A DNA stretch of 64,000 nucleotides from an uncultured Planctomycetota bacterium (lineage in GTDB: Bacteria > Planctomycetota > Planctomycetia > Pirellulales > Lacipirellulaceae), in the NCBI GenBank assembly GCA_963719315.1, contig CAVRBU010000017.1, positions 32,001 to 96,000 of the forward strand, written 5' to 3'. Below, piece by piece: positions 32,565 to 42,956 of this stretch. The notes under the pieces are model-generated. The model made no database searches, was not told the origin of the DNA, and worked only from the letters and a program-made list of their open reading frames with translations. The number at the start of each line of letters is the position of its first letter. The stretch's first letter is position 1. The translations under genes were made by a program, and so were the position numbers.

Positions 32565-33590
32565 ATGAGCGTTGACCTCCCGCTTCCTGTTTTGAAACCA
32601 GCCGATTTCGCCAGCGATCAGGACGTGCGTTGGTGCCCTGGCTGCGGCGATTACGCGATTCTCGCGCAAATGAAAAAGGTGATGCCTGCCCTGGGCATTC
32701 CCCGCGAGAAGATCGTGTTCATTTCGGGCATCGGTTGCTCGAGCCGCTTCCCGTACTACATGAACACGTACGGCATGCACTCGATCCACGGTCGGGCGCC
32801 GGCCGTGGCGACCGGCCTGAAAGCAGTCCGCCCCGATCTGATGGTCTGGGTCATCACGGGCGACGGCGACGGACTTTCAATCGGCGGCAATCACCTCATG
32901 CACGCCATTCGCCGCAACCTCGATATCAACATCATCCTGTTCAACAACCGCATTTATGGCCTCACGAAAGGCCAGTACTCGCCCACGTCGCCGCTCGGCA
33001 AGAAGACCAAGAGCACCCCGATGGGCGCGATCGACAACCCGCTTCATCCGCTTTCGATCGCCATCGGTTGCGAGGCGACGTTCGTTGCCCGCAGCATCGA
33101 CACGGAAATCAAGCATCTGGGCGAAGTACTCAAGCGGGCCGCCGAGCACCCGGGCACATCGTTTGTCGAGGTCTATCAAAACTGCAACGTGTTCAACGAC
33201 GGCGCCTGGGCCTACGCCAAAGAGCGCGAGACCAAGGCCGACACGACGCTCGAACTAGTGCACGGCAAGCCACTTATCTTCGGCAAGAACCGCGACAAAG
33301 GCATTCGCCTCAACGGCATGGATCCGGAAGTTGTCGAACTGGGCAAAGGCATCTCGGAGGACGATCTGCTGTTCCACGACGAGAAGGCGCCGGAGCCCAG
33401 CTTAGCCTACCTGCTTAGCCGGATGCGTTACGAAGATGGTTACCCCGAACCGGTCGGCGTGTTTCGAGCCGTCGAGCGGCCGCGGTACGACGTGATGATC
33501 AACGACCAGGTCGAACTTGCCACCAGCGAGCGCGGCAAAGGCGACTTGGACAAACTTTTCGCTTCCGGCGACACTTGGGACGTTGCTTAA
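32565..33590 (+). CDS. korB: 2-oxoacid:ferredoxin oxidoreductase beta subunit
   Basis: WCPGCG, SGIGCS, HGR, and the TPP motif GDGD...NN. Confidence 0.94.
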   Translation: MSVDLPLPVLKPADFASDQDVRWCPGCGDYAILAQMKKVMPALGIPREKIVFISGIGCSSRFPYYMNTYGMHSIHGRAPAVATGLKAVRPDLMVWVITGDGDGLSIGGNHLMHAIRRNLDINIILFNNRIYGLTKGQYSPTSPLGKKTKSTPMGAIDNPLHPLSIAIGCEATFVARSIDTEIKHLGEVLKRAAEHPGTSFVEVYQNCNVFNDGAWAYAKERETKADTTLELVHGKPLIFGKNRDKGIRLNGMDPEVVELGKGISEDDLLFHDEKAPEPSLAYLLSRMRYEDGYPEPVGVFRAVERPRYDVMINDQVELATSERGKGDLDKLFASGDTWDVA

Positions 33591-33691
33591 ATTGTAGAAG
33601 GCACACGCGCGTGCCGTAACTGACGGCACGCTTTCAAATAATGCCCTATAGAAGTTCTGTGGACGACACGCGGAGCGTGCCTACTACTAAC

Positions 33692-34219
33692 ATGATTCTC
33701 TGCCCCTACTGCGAAGCCGAGAACATCGAAGGCATCGACGAATGCCAGGCATGCGGCGAAGCGCTCACTGAGCTCAGTCGCCGCATTCCGTCGTCGAGCG
33801 TCGAGGCCGATCTCTTGCGCGACCGCATCGAACGGTTGTGGCCAAAATCGCCGTCCACAGTCGCCCCCGATGTGCCCGTCGGCGATGTGCTTAAGAAGAT
33901 GGTTGACGAACGAATCGGTTGCGTGATGATTGTCGACAAGGATAAGCTGGTCGGCATCTTCAGCGAGCGAGATGCGCTCATGAAGTTGAACGCCGACGCG
34001 CCGAAGTTCCTCGCGCGGCCCATTTCGCAATTCATGACGGCCGACCCTGTCACGCTTGAAACGAGCGACAAGATCGCCTATGCACTCCACAATATGAACA
34101 TGGGCGGCTACCGGCACGTTCCAATTCTGTTCGAAGGCAAACTGGCCGGCGTGATCTCGATCCGCGATATTCTACGGTATCTCACCGAACGCATCGCGGC
34201 GGGACCGGGGCGACGGTAG
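33692..34219 (+). CDS. Zinc-ribbon + CBS-domain pair protein
   Basis: CPYC...CQAC, then GIFSERD and YRHVP. Confidence 0.86.
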   Translation: MILCPYCEAENIEGIDECQACGEALTELSRRIPSSSVEADLLRDRIERLWPKSPSTVAPDVPVGDVLKKMVDERIGCVMIVDKDKLVGIFSERDALMKLNADAPKFLARPISQFMTADPVTLETSDKIAYALHNMNMGGYRHVPILFEGKLAGVISIRDILRYLTERIAAGPGRR

Positions 34220-34312
34220 CCCGGCTTAATGTAAGTTGTTGCACGCCTGGCTGTCGGCAGCTTCTCAAGACCGGCGTAGGCGCCACGCAAATTTGCGTGA
34301 CAATTCAATGTC

Positions 34313-37300
34313 ATGTCATTCGGCGGTTCCAAGAAAACGATTCAAGACGTTCAACAAATACTGAAGAGAGCTGGCGAGGACGGCGCATCATCCGCGCCGC
34401 TCGAAGTGCAGCAGGCAATTTATCTTGCCCGCGAATTGTGCCGTCGGGCGCGGGAGCTGCAAACGCCGCAGGAGCGGCGGCAGCAGGCCGAGCTGGATCG
34501 GATGATGCAGTCGCCACGCGATAAGGTGACGCTCATGCAGCTTACCGATCAGGCGTTTCGATCCCGGCGGCCATATCGGGCTGCCGATCAACTCATTCAC
34601 ATTCTGGATGTGCAGGGCGTGCCGCGGTTCTTTAGCGCGATCGATCGCACGTTGCTGATGGGTTTCCAATCGTTCGGATCGTACTTGCCGGGCGTGGCGA
34701 TGCCGTTCGTGAAGGAACGGATGCAGCACGAAACGGCGAACGTCATCCTGCCAGCCGAGCGCGAGCTGTTGGCCGAGCATCTGCGGGCCCGCTGGGAAGA
34801 GGGCGTGCGGATGAACGTAAATTTTCTGGGTGAAGCGCTGTTAGGTGAAGAGGACGCCCGTCGGCGATTGCAAGGTTATCTCACGACTCTACAGCAGTCT
34901 GAGATTGAAGTCATTTCAGTGAAGATCTCGACGGTTTACTCGCAAATTTCCGCGATCGCTCGCGAGCACACGATCGATGTGCTATGTGACCGGCTGGAGC
35001 TCTTGTACCGTGCGGCCGCCAAAGCGAAATTCAATCGCCGCGACGGTACAACAGTGCCGAAGTTCGTGTATCTCGACATGGAGGAATACCGCGACAAGGA
35101 CCTGACGGCCGACGTTTTCATGCGCACGCTTGACCGACCCGGCCTGGGGCAGGCTCGCGCCGGCATCGCCCTGCAAGCCTACATTCCCGATTCGTTCGCT
35201 ACCCAGCAGCGCATCAACGAGTGGGCTCGCCGCCGCGTAGCGACAGGCGGCTCGCCTGTCACCATTCGCCTCGTGAAAGGCGCGAACATGGAAGCTGAGC
35301 GGGTTGAAGCCAGCCTCCACGGTTGGCCCCAGGCCCCTTATAAGACCAAGCTCGAAACCGACGCCAATTACTTGCAGATGCTCCACGAAGGCATGCGACC
35401 TGAAAACCTTGCCGCCGTACGATTGGGCATCGCCTCGCACAACCTGTTTACGCTTTCCTATGGCCTGGTGTTGGCAACCACAGCCAATGCGCTCGATCGC
35501 GTGCAATTCGAGATGCTCGAAGGGATGGCCAATCATCAGCGGCGGGCTTTTTTCGAACTGACCGGCAACATGCTGCTGTATGCGCCGGCCTGCAAGCAGG
35601 AGGATTTCACGAACGCCATTGGTTATCTTGTCCGCCGACTCGACGAAAACACGGGGCCGGACAATTATCTACGCTACGCGTTCAACATCGAGGTCGATAG
35701 CCCCGAGTGGAATACGCTCGAGCAGCAATTCATCGAGGCGTTCGAGGCGCGAGAGTCGGTCGGCACCGCTCCGCGGAGGACGCAAAGTCGGAGTCAAGAG
35801 TCAAGAGCCAAGAGTCAAGAGCCGAACAGTTCTGGCTCTCGAATCTCGAATCTCGACTCTCATCTATTCCGCAATGAGCCCGACACCGATTGGTCTCTTC
35901 AAACCAACTACGACTGGGCCAGTTCGATCATCGCCGCTTGGACGAACCGCAACGACGCAAATGCGGCCGATGTGCCGATCGTAATTGAAGGCGACGAGAT
36001 TCACGACGGCCGCCAGATTCGCGATTCGATCGACCCCTCGCGGCCCGGTACCGTGGTTGCTCGTTATCGACAGGCGACCGATGCCGACATCGATCGCGCC
36101 GTGCGTGCCGCGCGCGACGATGCCGCCGGCTGGCGTCGGCGCTCCCAATCGGAGCGCGTGGAGATGCTTCGACGTGCTGCGGCGAAGCTCGCTGCCGCGC
36201 GCGCCGATCTGATGGGGGCGATGCTTGCCGAGGGCGGCAAGACGCTGGCCGAGAGCGATCCCGAAGTTTCCGAAGCGATCGACTTCTGCCGGTTCTACGC
36301 GGACAGCGCGAACTACTTTTACAACTTGCCGCGTGTAGCGGCCCGCAGTCGAGGTGTGGTGGTCGTGGTTTCGCCGTGGAATTTTCCGCTTGCTATTCCA
36401 TGCGGCGGTGTTGCTGCCGCGCTGGCGGCCGGTAACAACGTGATTCTCAAACCGGCTTCCGATACGGTGCTCATTGCCTACGAGTTGTGCAAATGCTTCT
36501 GGCGAGCCGGCGTGCCAAAATCGGCGCTGCAATTCGCGCCATGTAGCGGCGGCACCGTCGGTGCAAGGCTCGTATCGCACGACGGAGTGGATGCCGTGAT
36601 TCTCACCGGCGGCACTTCCACCGCCGCCGAAATGCTGCGCAACAAACCGATAATGCACTTGCTGGCGGAAACGGGCGGCAAGAACGCCACGATCGTTACC
36701 GCCCTTTCCGACCGCGACCAGGCGATCAAGAACGTGCTCCACAGCGCGTTCAGTCACAGCGGCCAGAAATGCTCAGCCACGTCGCTGCTCATTTTGGAGA
36801 GTGAGGTCTATCTCGACGCCAAGTTTCGCGCGGCGCTGTGCGACGGCGTTGAGAGCTTGCACGTCGGCTCGGCGTGGGACTTGCCGACCAAAATAGGGCC
36901 GCTCATTCGGCCGCCCTCCGGTGTTTTGGAAACCGGCCTCAAAGAACTGGAGCCTGGTGAAGAGTGGGCCGTCATGCCGCGGCTGCACGTCGATGACAAT
37001 CCGCACCTCGTCAGTCCGGGCGTGAAGTGGGGCGTGCAGGCGAACAGTTTCACGCACTGCACCGAATTGTTCGGGCCCGTGCTCGGTGTGATGGAAGCTC
37101 GCGATCTCGACGAAGCGATTGATCTGGTGAATGCCACGGGCTATGGACTTACGTCGGGGCTCGAAAGCCTCGACGACCGCGAGCAGGCATTGTGGTGCAG
37201 CCGAATTCGCGCTGGCAACCTGTACATCAATCGCTCGACTACGGGCGCGATCGTACTGCGTCAACCGTTCGGCGGCATGGGCAAGAGCAGCGTGGGGCCC

Positions 37301-38107
37301 GGCATCAAAGCGGGTGGTCCGAATTACGTAGTGCCCTTGATGCGAATTACGGACGGCGGCGACGGCCTTTCCGTGCTCGCTTCCGAGGATGCCGAACGAC
37401 TGGCGCCGCCGATTAGAACGGCACCCGCGATTCTTTCAGAGCAGCAAGGGACATCGAGCGGACCCGAGTTGCTGCAAGACTTTTATCGCGCAATCGTCGA
37501 ACAGTCCGGTAGCGCCTCGAAGGCGACTGAGGATGAATTCCGTCGAGTGCTGGCGGCGATCACCAGCTACGAACACTGGGCCCGAGAGGAGTTTCACGCT
37601 GCACACGACCATTTTCGCTTGTTGGGCGAAGACAACTTCCGTCGTTATTTGCCGGTCGAACCGCTCCGGATTCGCGTCCACCCTGCCGATTCGCTGAGCG
37701 AGATTTTTTGTCGCGCCGCGGCCGCCCGCGCGGCCGGTTGTCGCACAACGATCAGCACACCGCGATCGCTATCGGGATCGGCCGCCGAAGCTGTCGATCT
37801 GCTCGACCAATTGACGCATTCGTGGGCAGGCGCGATCGAGTTCATCGAAGAGGACAACCAAAACCTGGCCGACGCGATTCGGGCTAGCCGCGTGGCGCGA
37901 GTGCGCTATTCCGCCCCCGATCGAGTGCCCGAAGCTATTCGATTCGCAGCGGCCGAAGCGCTGCAATACGTGGCTGATACGCTCGTCTCAGGACAGGGCC
38001 GCATCGAACTGTTGTGGTACATGCGCGAGCAGAGCGTGTCACAAATGTACCATCGCTATGGAAATTTGGGTTTGCGAGCTGATGAGCCGCGCGACGAGCC
38101 CGCGTGA
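34313..38107 (+). CDS. putA: Bifunctional proline dehydrogenase / P5C dehydrogenase
   Basis: LDMEE, RLVKGA and YLVRRLDEN; SPWNFP, ETGGKN, GQKCSA and ELFGPV. Confidence 0.94.
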   Translation: MSFGGSKKTIQDVQQILKRAGEDGASSAPLEVQQAIYLARELCRRARELQTPQERRQQAELDRMMQSPRDKVTLMQLTDQAFRSRRPYRAADQLIHILDVQGVPRFFSAIDRTLLMGFQSFGSYLPGVAMPFVKERMQHETANVILPAERELLAEHLRARWEEGVRMNVNFLGEALLGEEDARRRLQGYLTTLQQSEIEVISVKISTVYSQISAIAREHTIDVLCDRLELLYRAAAKAKFNRRDGTTVPKFVYLDMEEYRDKDLTADVFMRTLDRPGLGQARAGIALQAYIPDSFATQQRINEWARRRVATGGSPVTIRLVKGANMEAERVEASLHGWPQAPYKTKLETDANYLQMLHEGMRPENLAAVRLGIASHNLFTLSYGLVLATTANALDRVQFEMLEGMANHQRRAFFELTGNMLLYAPACKQEDFTNAIGYLVRRLDENTGPDNYLRYAFNIEVDSPEWNTLEQQFIEAFEARESVGTAPRRTQSRSQESRAKSQEPNSSGSRISNLDSHLFRNEPDTDWSLQTNYDWASSIIAAWTNRNDANAADVPIVIEGDEIHDGRQIRDSIDPSRPGTVVARYRQATDADIDRAVRAARDDAAGWRRRSQSERVEMLRRAAAKLAAARADLMGAMLAEGGKTLAESDPEVSEAIDFCRFYADSANYFYNLPRVAARSRGVVVVVSPWNFPLAIPCGGVAAALAAGNNVILKPASDTVLIAYELCKCFWRAGVPKSALQFAPCSGGTVGARLVSHDGVDAVILTGGTSTAAEMLRNKPIMHLLAETGGKNATIVTALSDRDQAIKNVLHSAFSHSGQKCSATSLLILESEVYLDAKFRAALCDGVESLHVGSAWDLPTKIGPLIRPPSGVLETGLKELEPGEEWAVMPRLHVDDNPHLVSPGVKWGVQANSFTHCTELFGPVLGVMEARDLDEAIDLVNATGYGLTSGLESLDDREQALWCSRIRAGNLYINRSTTGAIVLRQPFGGMGKSSVGPGIKAGGPNYVVPLMRITDGGDGLSVLASEDAERLAPPIRTAPAILSEQQGTSSGPELLQDFYRAIVEQSGSASKATEDEFRRVLAAITSYEHWAREEFHAAHDHFRLLGEDNFRRYLPVEPLRIRVHPADSLSEIFCRAAAARAAGCRTTISTPRSLSGSAAEAVDLLDQLTHSWAGAIEFIEEDNQNLADAIRASRVARVRYSAPDRVPEAIRFAAAEALQYVADTLVSGQGRIELLWYMREQSVSQMYHRYGNLGLRADEPRDEPA

Positions 38108-38148
38108 GGCCAGGACGTAGCGGGCATCGCCGCCAATCGTGAGACAGT

Positions 38149-38919
38149 TCACGTCGCAAATGTGAGACAAACGACTCGTCGGCAGCCGCTCAGCAAGGCG
38201 ATTGCAGCCACATAACCGTCACACGGCACAAGCCGTTTCAACCAACATTGCGAACGATTGTCGGCCTGCTTCAAGCCTGTGAGATCGATACCACCCTCGA
38301 ATGATTCCGCAACGGGCACATGAAAGTCGTCGAGCGAACCAGCGATTCCGGCGCCATAGGCTTTTAGCACGGCTTCTTTGGCGGTCCAGCAGCGCAAGAA
38401 TACGTCATTGCGAGTTTCGCTCTCGGTGGCCAATAATTCTGAAATCTCATCGGGGTGAAAGGATCGCCGCGCCAGTTGTTCCAGTTGATTCACTGGGCGG
38501 CATCGTTCGACGTCGATTCCAACGTCGCAGCCAAGGTTTACCGCAATCAGGGCTAGGTCGCCCGAGTGTGAAACATTGAAGCGAAGTTTCGATGCGGCAT
38601 ACTTATTGGCCAGCCGCAGCTTGGCGACGGCTTCGAAGGAGAACGAAATGTCTTCCGGGCGCTCGCCCAGATACCGGCCCAGCAGAGTTCTCAGGACGCC
38701 GCGCGTGACGATGAACTGTCGTCGAGGTTCGTCCAAGCGAAATTCGTCGGCCCGCGCCCGCTCATCAGTTGACAGAACGGCCAAACATTCGTTTGCGGAT
38801 AGTTCGCTGTCAACCAGTGAAACGGCCCACACGTGTGCTTCGTCGGCCGTCAGCACCGGCGGCATCGTCGCGTTGGGCCACAGAAGTTGCATGGGCAATG
38901 CCAATCTAGCCGCGTTCAT
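38149..38919 (-). CDS. Sfp-type 4'-phosphopantetheinyl transferase
   Basis: FNVSHS, VGIDVE and WTAKEAVLKA. Confidence 0.92.
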   Translation of the reverse strand: MNAARLALPMQLLWPNATMPPVLTADEAHVWAVSLVDSELSANECLAVLSTDERARADEFRLDEPRRQFIVTRGVLRTLLGRYLGERPEDISFSFEAVAKLRLANKYAASKLRFNVSHSGDLALIAVNLGCDVGIDVERCRPVNQLEQLARRSFHPDEISELLATESETRNDVFLRCWTAKEAVLKAYGAGIAGSLDDFHVPVAESFEGGIDLTGLKQADNRSQCWLKRLVPCDGYVAAIALLSGCRRVVCLTFAT

Positions 38920-39709
38920 CGATCGGATTCGTGGTTAAGCATTGTTCTATTCGGGCGAGGATAATTCGCAATGCGGGCGATGGCTCGTCGGCTATTGCTG
39001 CGCTCGCTGTGCCGCTTGCGAACAAGAAAAAATGCCCACCGGGCAACAGGCGCACGCTGCAATCTTGCGTTGTGTAGCGTCGCCATTCCATCAGGTGGCT
39101 TGCTGAAACTGCCGGGTCTTCCGTTCCTCCCAAAACTAGCATGGGCACGTCCAGCGGTGGTTCGTCGGCACAGGTATAGGATTCAATCATCTGAAAGTCG
39201 GCACGCAATGCGGGCAGCAACAGCTTTTGCAATTCAGGATTGTCGCGCACCGCCGGTGGAATTCCGCCATATCGATCCTGAAGAACGGCGACTAACTCGC
39301 CATCGGGCAACGTGTGCAGCGGCTCTTTCACGATGATCGTATGCGGCGGTCGGCATCCGGAGAGCACGAGCAACCGCGGCATCCGATGATTGTGGCGTCG
39401 CAGCGAGCGAGCGATCTCGTTCGCCAACAGCCCGCCCATGCTGTGCCCCAGGAGCACGAACGGGCGATCGAGCGCGTGCCGGCTGAGTTCTGCGCTCAGG
39501 GCCTCGGCCAAAGCGGTTAAGTCGGTGTACAGTGGTTCGTTGAGGCGGCCATCGTGCCCGGGCAGAGCCAACGGCAGCAGGTCCACATCGGGCGGCAGCC
39601 TGGGACGCCAGCGGTGATACGACGCAGTCCCGCCGCCGGCGTATGGCAGGCAAACTAGCCTTACGGCTGCCTGATCGTTTAGCTGCGAGCGAGAAATTGA
39701 GTTAAACAC
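38906..39709 (-). CDS. Type II thioesterase
   Basis: CLPYAGG, GHSMG, LRAD and GGHFF. Confidence 0.92.
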   Translation of the reverse strand: MFNSISRSQLNDQAAVRLVCLPYAGGGTASYHRWRPRLPPDVDLLPLALPGHDGRLNEPLYTDLTALAEALSAELSRHALDRPFVLLGHSMGGLLANEIARSLRRHNHRMPRLLVLSGCRPPHTIIVKEPLHTLPDGELVAVLQDRYGGIPPAVRDNPELQKLLLPALRADFQMIESYTCADEPPLDVPMLVLGGTEDPAVSASHLMEWRRYTTQDCSVRLLPGGHFFLFASGTASAAIADEPSPALRIILARIEQCLTTNPIDERG

Positions 39710-39958
39710 GGTTTTTTCGTCGGAGAAACGTGGACGGACTTGCCTGTGGCGCGGACCTTTCCGACACCCCTGAAAACACTTAGAATAGGGGTCCTACTAT
39801 GCTAATCGAAGTTGTTGGGGTGGGGGCAGGGTTTTTCCGATTGGGTTCAAGAGGGACTACTCAAAACGGCTCGCGATCGGATTCGCTTCTTTCCGACGGT
39901 GCTCGCCTACTTCGTCGAAGCTTCCAGCCCCTTCCGTTGACTCGCAGCCGCATGTGTT

Positions 39959-42310
39959 TTGATTTTCCGTGCCATGCATTTCGAACATTCATACCAAACG
40001 ATGATCGATCTGCTCGCCGGGCAGGCAGCCGATCAAAGTGATCTAACAGCGTATGCGTACCTTGACGACCGCGACGGCGTGACCGAGATCACGTTCGGCG
40101 AGCTCGACCGCCGAGCCCGGCTCATCGCCGGCCGATTGCAGCTCGAATTGTCGCCCGGCGACCGGGCCCTGTTGGTTTATCCGGCAGGGCTCGAATTCAT
40201 TGCCGCTTTTTTTGGTTGCATGTACGCGGGCGTCGTTGCGGTTCCCTCGAACTATCCCAAGCCGAAGCGGCCCATGCCGCGACTGCAGCGGATCGCCCTC
40301 GATTGCGACGCACACATCGCGCTGTCCACGGCGCAAACGCTCACGACGCTCGATCCAGATTTGTTGTCTGCCGATGCCGCAACCAACCAGTGGATCGCCA
40401 CCGACGAGTTGAACCCGGAACTCGCCGATTTGTGGCAGCGGCCCGCAATCGACAAAAACGACCTCGCATTTTTGCAATACACGTCGGGCTCGACCAGCGA
40501 CCCGAAGGGTGTGATGGTTTCGCACGGCAACTTGCTGAACAACTTGGAATGTATCCGCCTGGCGTTCGGCCTGGGCGATGTGAGTGGGGATGTCGAATCG
40601 GCCACGGGTGTTATTTGGTTGCCCGCATACCACGACATGGGTCTGATCGGCGGCATCCTTACGCCGCTGTATATGGGCGGGCGGTGCGTGCTGATGTCGC
40701 CGACGTCGTTTCTGCAACGGCCCATGCGGTGGTTGCAGGCGATTCACGATTTCAAAGCGATCGTCAGCGGCGCACCGAATTTCGCGTACGAATACTGCGT
40801 ACGGCGGACGAGCGCCGAAGAACGAGCCACGCTCGATCTGAGTCATTTGCGGTTGGCGTTCTGCGGGGCGGAACCGATTCGCCCGGAAACGCTGACCCAT
40901 TTTGCCGATGCCTTTGCTTCGACGGGTTTCAAATTGAAGGTGTTCTACCCCTGCTACGGACTTGCCGAATCGACGCTGCTTGCGGCCGGGCCCGACTATC
41001 GCCAGGAGCCACTCATCCTGCCCGTCAATCGCGCCGAGTTGGCCCAGCATCGGGTCGTTCCGGCGTGCGGCGAACCGGATGCGATGATCCAGCGTCTCGT
41101 CAGTTGCGGCTCGCCGGTGCATGGCCACACGATCGTCATAGTCGAACCCGACAAGAGCACCGAAGTGGCCGACGACGAAGTCGGCGAAATCTTGATCCAA
41201 GGTCCGTCGGTTACTCAAGGTTACTGGCAGCGAGACGAAGAGACCGACCAGATGTTTCATGCTGAAGTGGCGGGTCGCGAAGGAAAGTTCTTGCGGACTG
41301 GCGACCTCGGTTTCTTCCGCGAGGGCGAGCTGTTCGTCACCGGGCGCGTGAAGGACGTGATCATCATTCGCGGCCGCAACCACTATCCGCAAGACATCGA
41401 ACAATCGGCCGAGGAAGCACATCAAGCCGTGCTGCCCGGGGCCGCGTTCGCGCTTGCCGATGAAGGCGGTGGCGAGCGGCTCGTGGTCGTCCATCAACTC
41501 GATCGCCAATATCGTGGCGCCGATCACCAGCAAATCATCCAGGCGATTCGCCGGGCGATCGTCGAACAGCACGAGCTCGATCCGTATGCGATCGTCCTGA
41601 TCCGGCAGACGTCGCTGCCCGTCACGTCCAGCGGAAAAGTGCAGCGCAACCTGTGCCGCGAGCAGTACCTGGCCGACGAGTTGAAAGTCGTTCACTCCTG
41701 GCTCAACCCGGCCATGCGGGCGGCGCCCAAGGCGGCGGCCGCCGACGAACGGCTCAACGTGCAGATTCACGGCGAGGGCGTTTCCGCCCAACAGATCGGA
41801 ATGGCCGCGACGGCAGTAGCGCCAGGCGCCGTCCAATCCAACGGCGCGGCAACCCGTGGAGGACTATCCACCAAGAGCCTGCGCAGCGGGCCGGCGAGCC
41901 CTGTCGAAGTGGACCGCGCCGCCGAGCAAATCGAGGAATGGCTGCTGAAGTGGCTGGTGAACCGGCTCAGCATGGACCCGGCCGACGTGGCCCGCGACCG
42001 GCCGTTTGCCGAGTTCGGCGTCGATTCGCTGGCGGCAGTCGAACTCAGCCAGGAACTCGAAGACGAATTCAAAGTGCCATTGCCGGCGATCGTGGCTTGG
42101 AACTATCCGACGCCGGCCGCGCTGGCTCGCTACCTCGCCGAGCAATCGCTGGGCGTCACCGAGCCGACCGCGCAGCCGGCCGTCGAAGTTAGCTCGAATG
42201 GCACGGTGCTTCCGCCCGCGCCGAACGAGGCGGAGCTGGCGGCGATTCTTGCCGAGATCGAAGGCTTGTCGGACGAAGAAGCGGCGCGGCTGTTGGCAGA
42301 AGAAAAGTAG
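39959..42310 (+). CDS. Fatty acyl-AMP ligase fused to an acyl carrier domain
   Basis: FLQYTSGSTSDPKG, WLPAYHDMGLIG, CYGLAE and RTGDLG; carrier motif FGVDSL. Confidence 0.92.
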   Translation: MIFRAMHFEHSYQTMIDLLAGQAADQSDLTAYAYLDDRDGVTEITFGELDRRARLIAGRLQLELSPGDRALLVYPAGLEFIAAFFGCMYAGVVAVPSNYPKPKRPMPRLQRIALDCDAHIALSTAQTLTTLDPDLLSADAATNQWIATDELNPELADLWQRPAIDKNDLAFLQYTSGSTSDPKGVMVSHGNLLNNLECIRLAFGLGDVSGDVESATGVIWLPAYHDMGLIGGILTPLYMGGRCVLMSPTSFLQRPMRWLQAIHDFKAIVSGAPNFAYEYCVRRTSAEERATLDLSHLRLAFCGAEPIRPETLTHFADAFASTGFKLKVFYPCYGLAESTLLAAGPDYRQEPLILPVNRAELAQHRVVPACGEPDAMIQRLVSCGSPVHGHTIVIVEPDKSTEVADDEVGEILIQGPSVTQGYWQRDEETDQMFHAEVAGREGKFLRTGDLGFFREGELFVTGRVKDVIIIRGRNHYPQDIEQSAEEAHQAVLPGAAFALADEGGGERLVVVHQLDRQYRGADHQQIIQAIRRAIVEQHELDPYAIVLIRQTSLPVTSSGKVQRNLCREQYLADELKVVHSWLNPAMRAAPKAAAADERLNVQIHGEGVSAQQIGMAATAVAPGAVQSNGAATRGGLSTKSLRSGPASPVEVDRAAEQIEEWLLKWLVNRLSMDPADVARDRPFAEFGVDSLAAVELSQELEDEFKVPLPAIVAWNYPTPAALARYLAEQSLGVTEPTAQPAVEVSSNGTVLPPAPNEAELAAILAEIEGLSDEEAARLLAEEK

Positions 42311-42956
42311 GCGAGGAGTTGGAGTAGAGCGGTCGTGGAATCGTTCCGGTTGCTCGGCTCTCGATCCGAGTTTTGCTCGGTGCTCAACTTTTAAGCAGTG
42401 CCGTTCTCGGGGTTCAGCGCGTATTGCGCGGATGGGCTTGAACATCGCTCGTGCTAAGTTCCGTGCTGGCCAGGACTTCGAATTGTGCGCGACGACGAGA
42501 AATTTTTTTTCGCGTGCAAAAGTCAGGTATTTTGCACGGCTAAACGCGCGCGGCCGCTCGGCAAATCGTGGTAAAAACTGGCCGCAAAGGCGCGCAAAAG
42601 AGGCCTACTTTGCTTCTTAAAAAGCAGTTCCTTGTCAGCTTCTAGCGATTGGGGAGACGGAATTAGTCAAGGCACCTATCCGCGAGGAACGGCCCATCCT
42701 CGCCCGCAGCCGCCCCCTCTGGCTAACAGCTAATAGCTAACGGCTGATTCTTCCGAATTATCAAACAGCAAGCGCACGATGGCAGGATCGAACGTAGCAG
42801 ATTGTGGGGCCAATTTCAGCAAGAATTTTTGGCCGGGGCAAAAACGCTGGAACGAGCAATTATCCCTTGCCTTCTGCAGAAAGTGTGGCACACTCGACTG
42901 AACCATACACGCAAAGATTCGTGTGTTGTGCATGCCGTAGTGCGCGATGAGGGCAA

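Noticed and set aside
42555..42610. c-di-GMP-I riboswitch-like ggcaaa...cgcaaa
   Set aside because: The intervening bases do not form the required stem and tetraloop.
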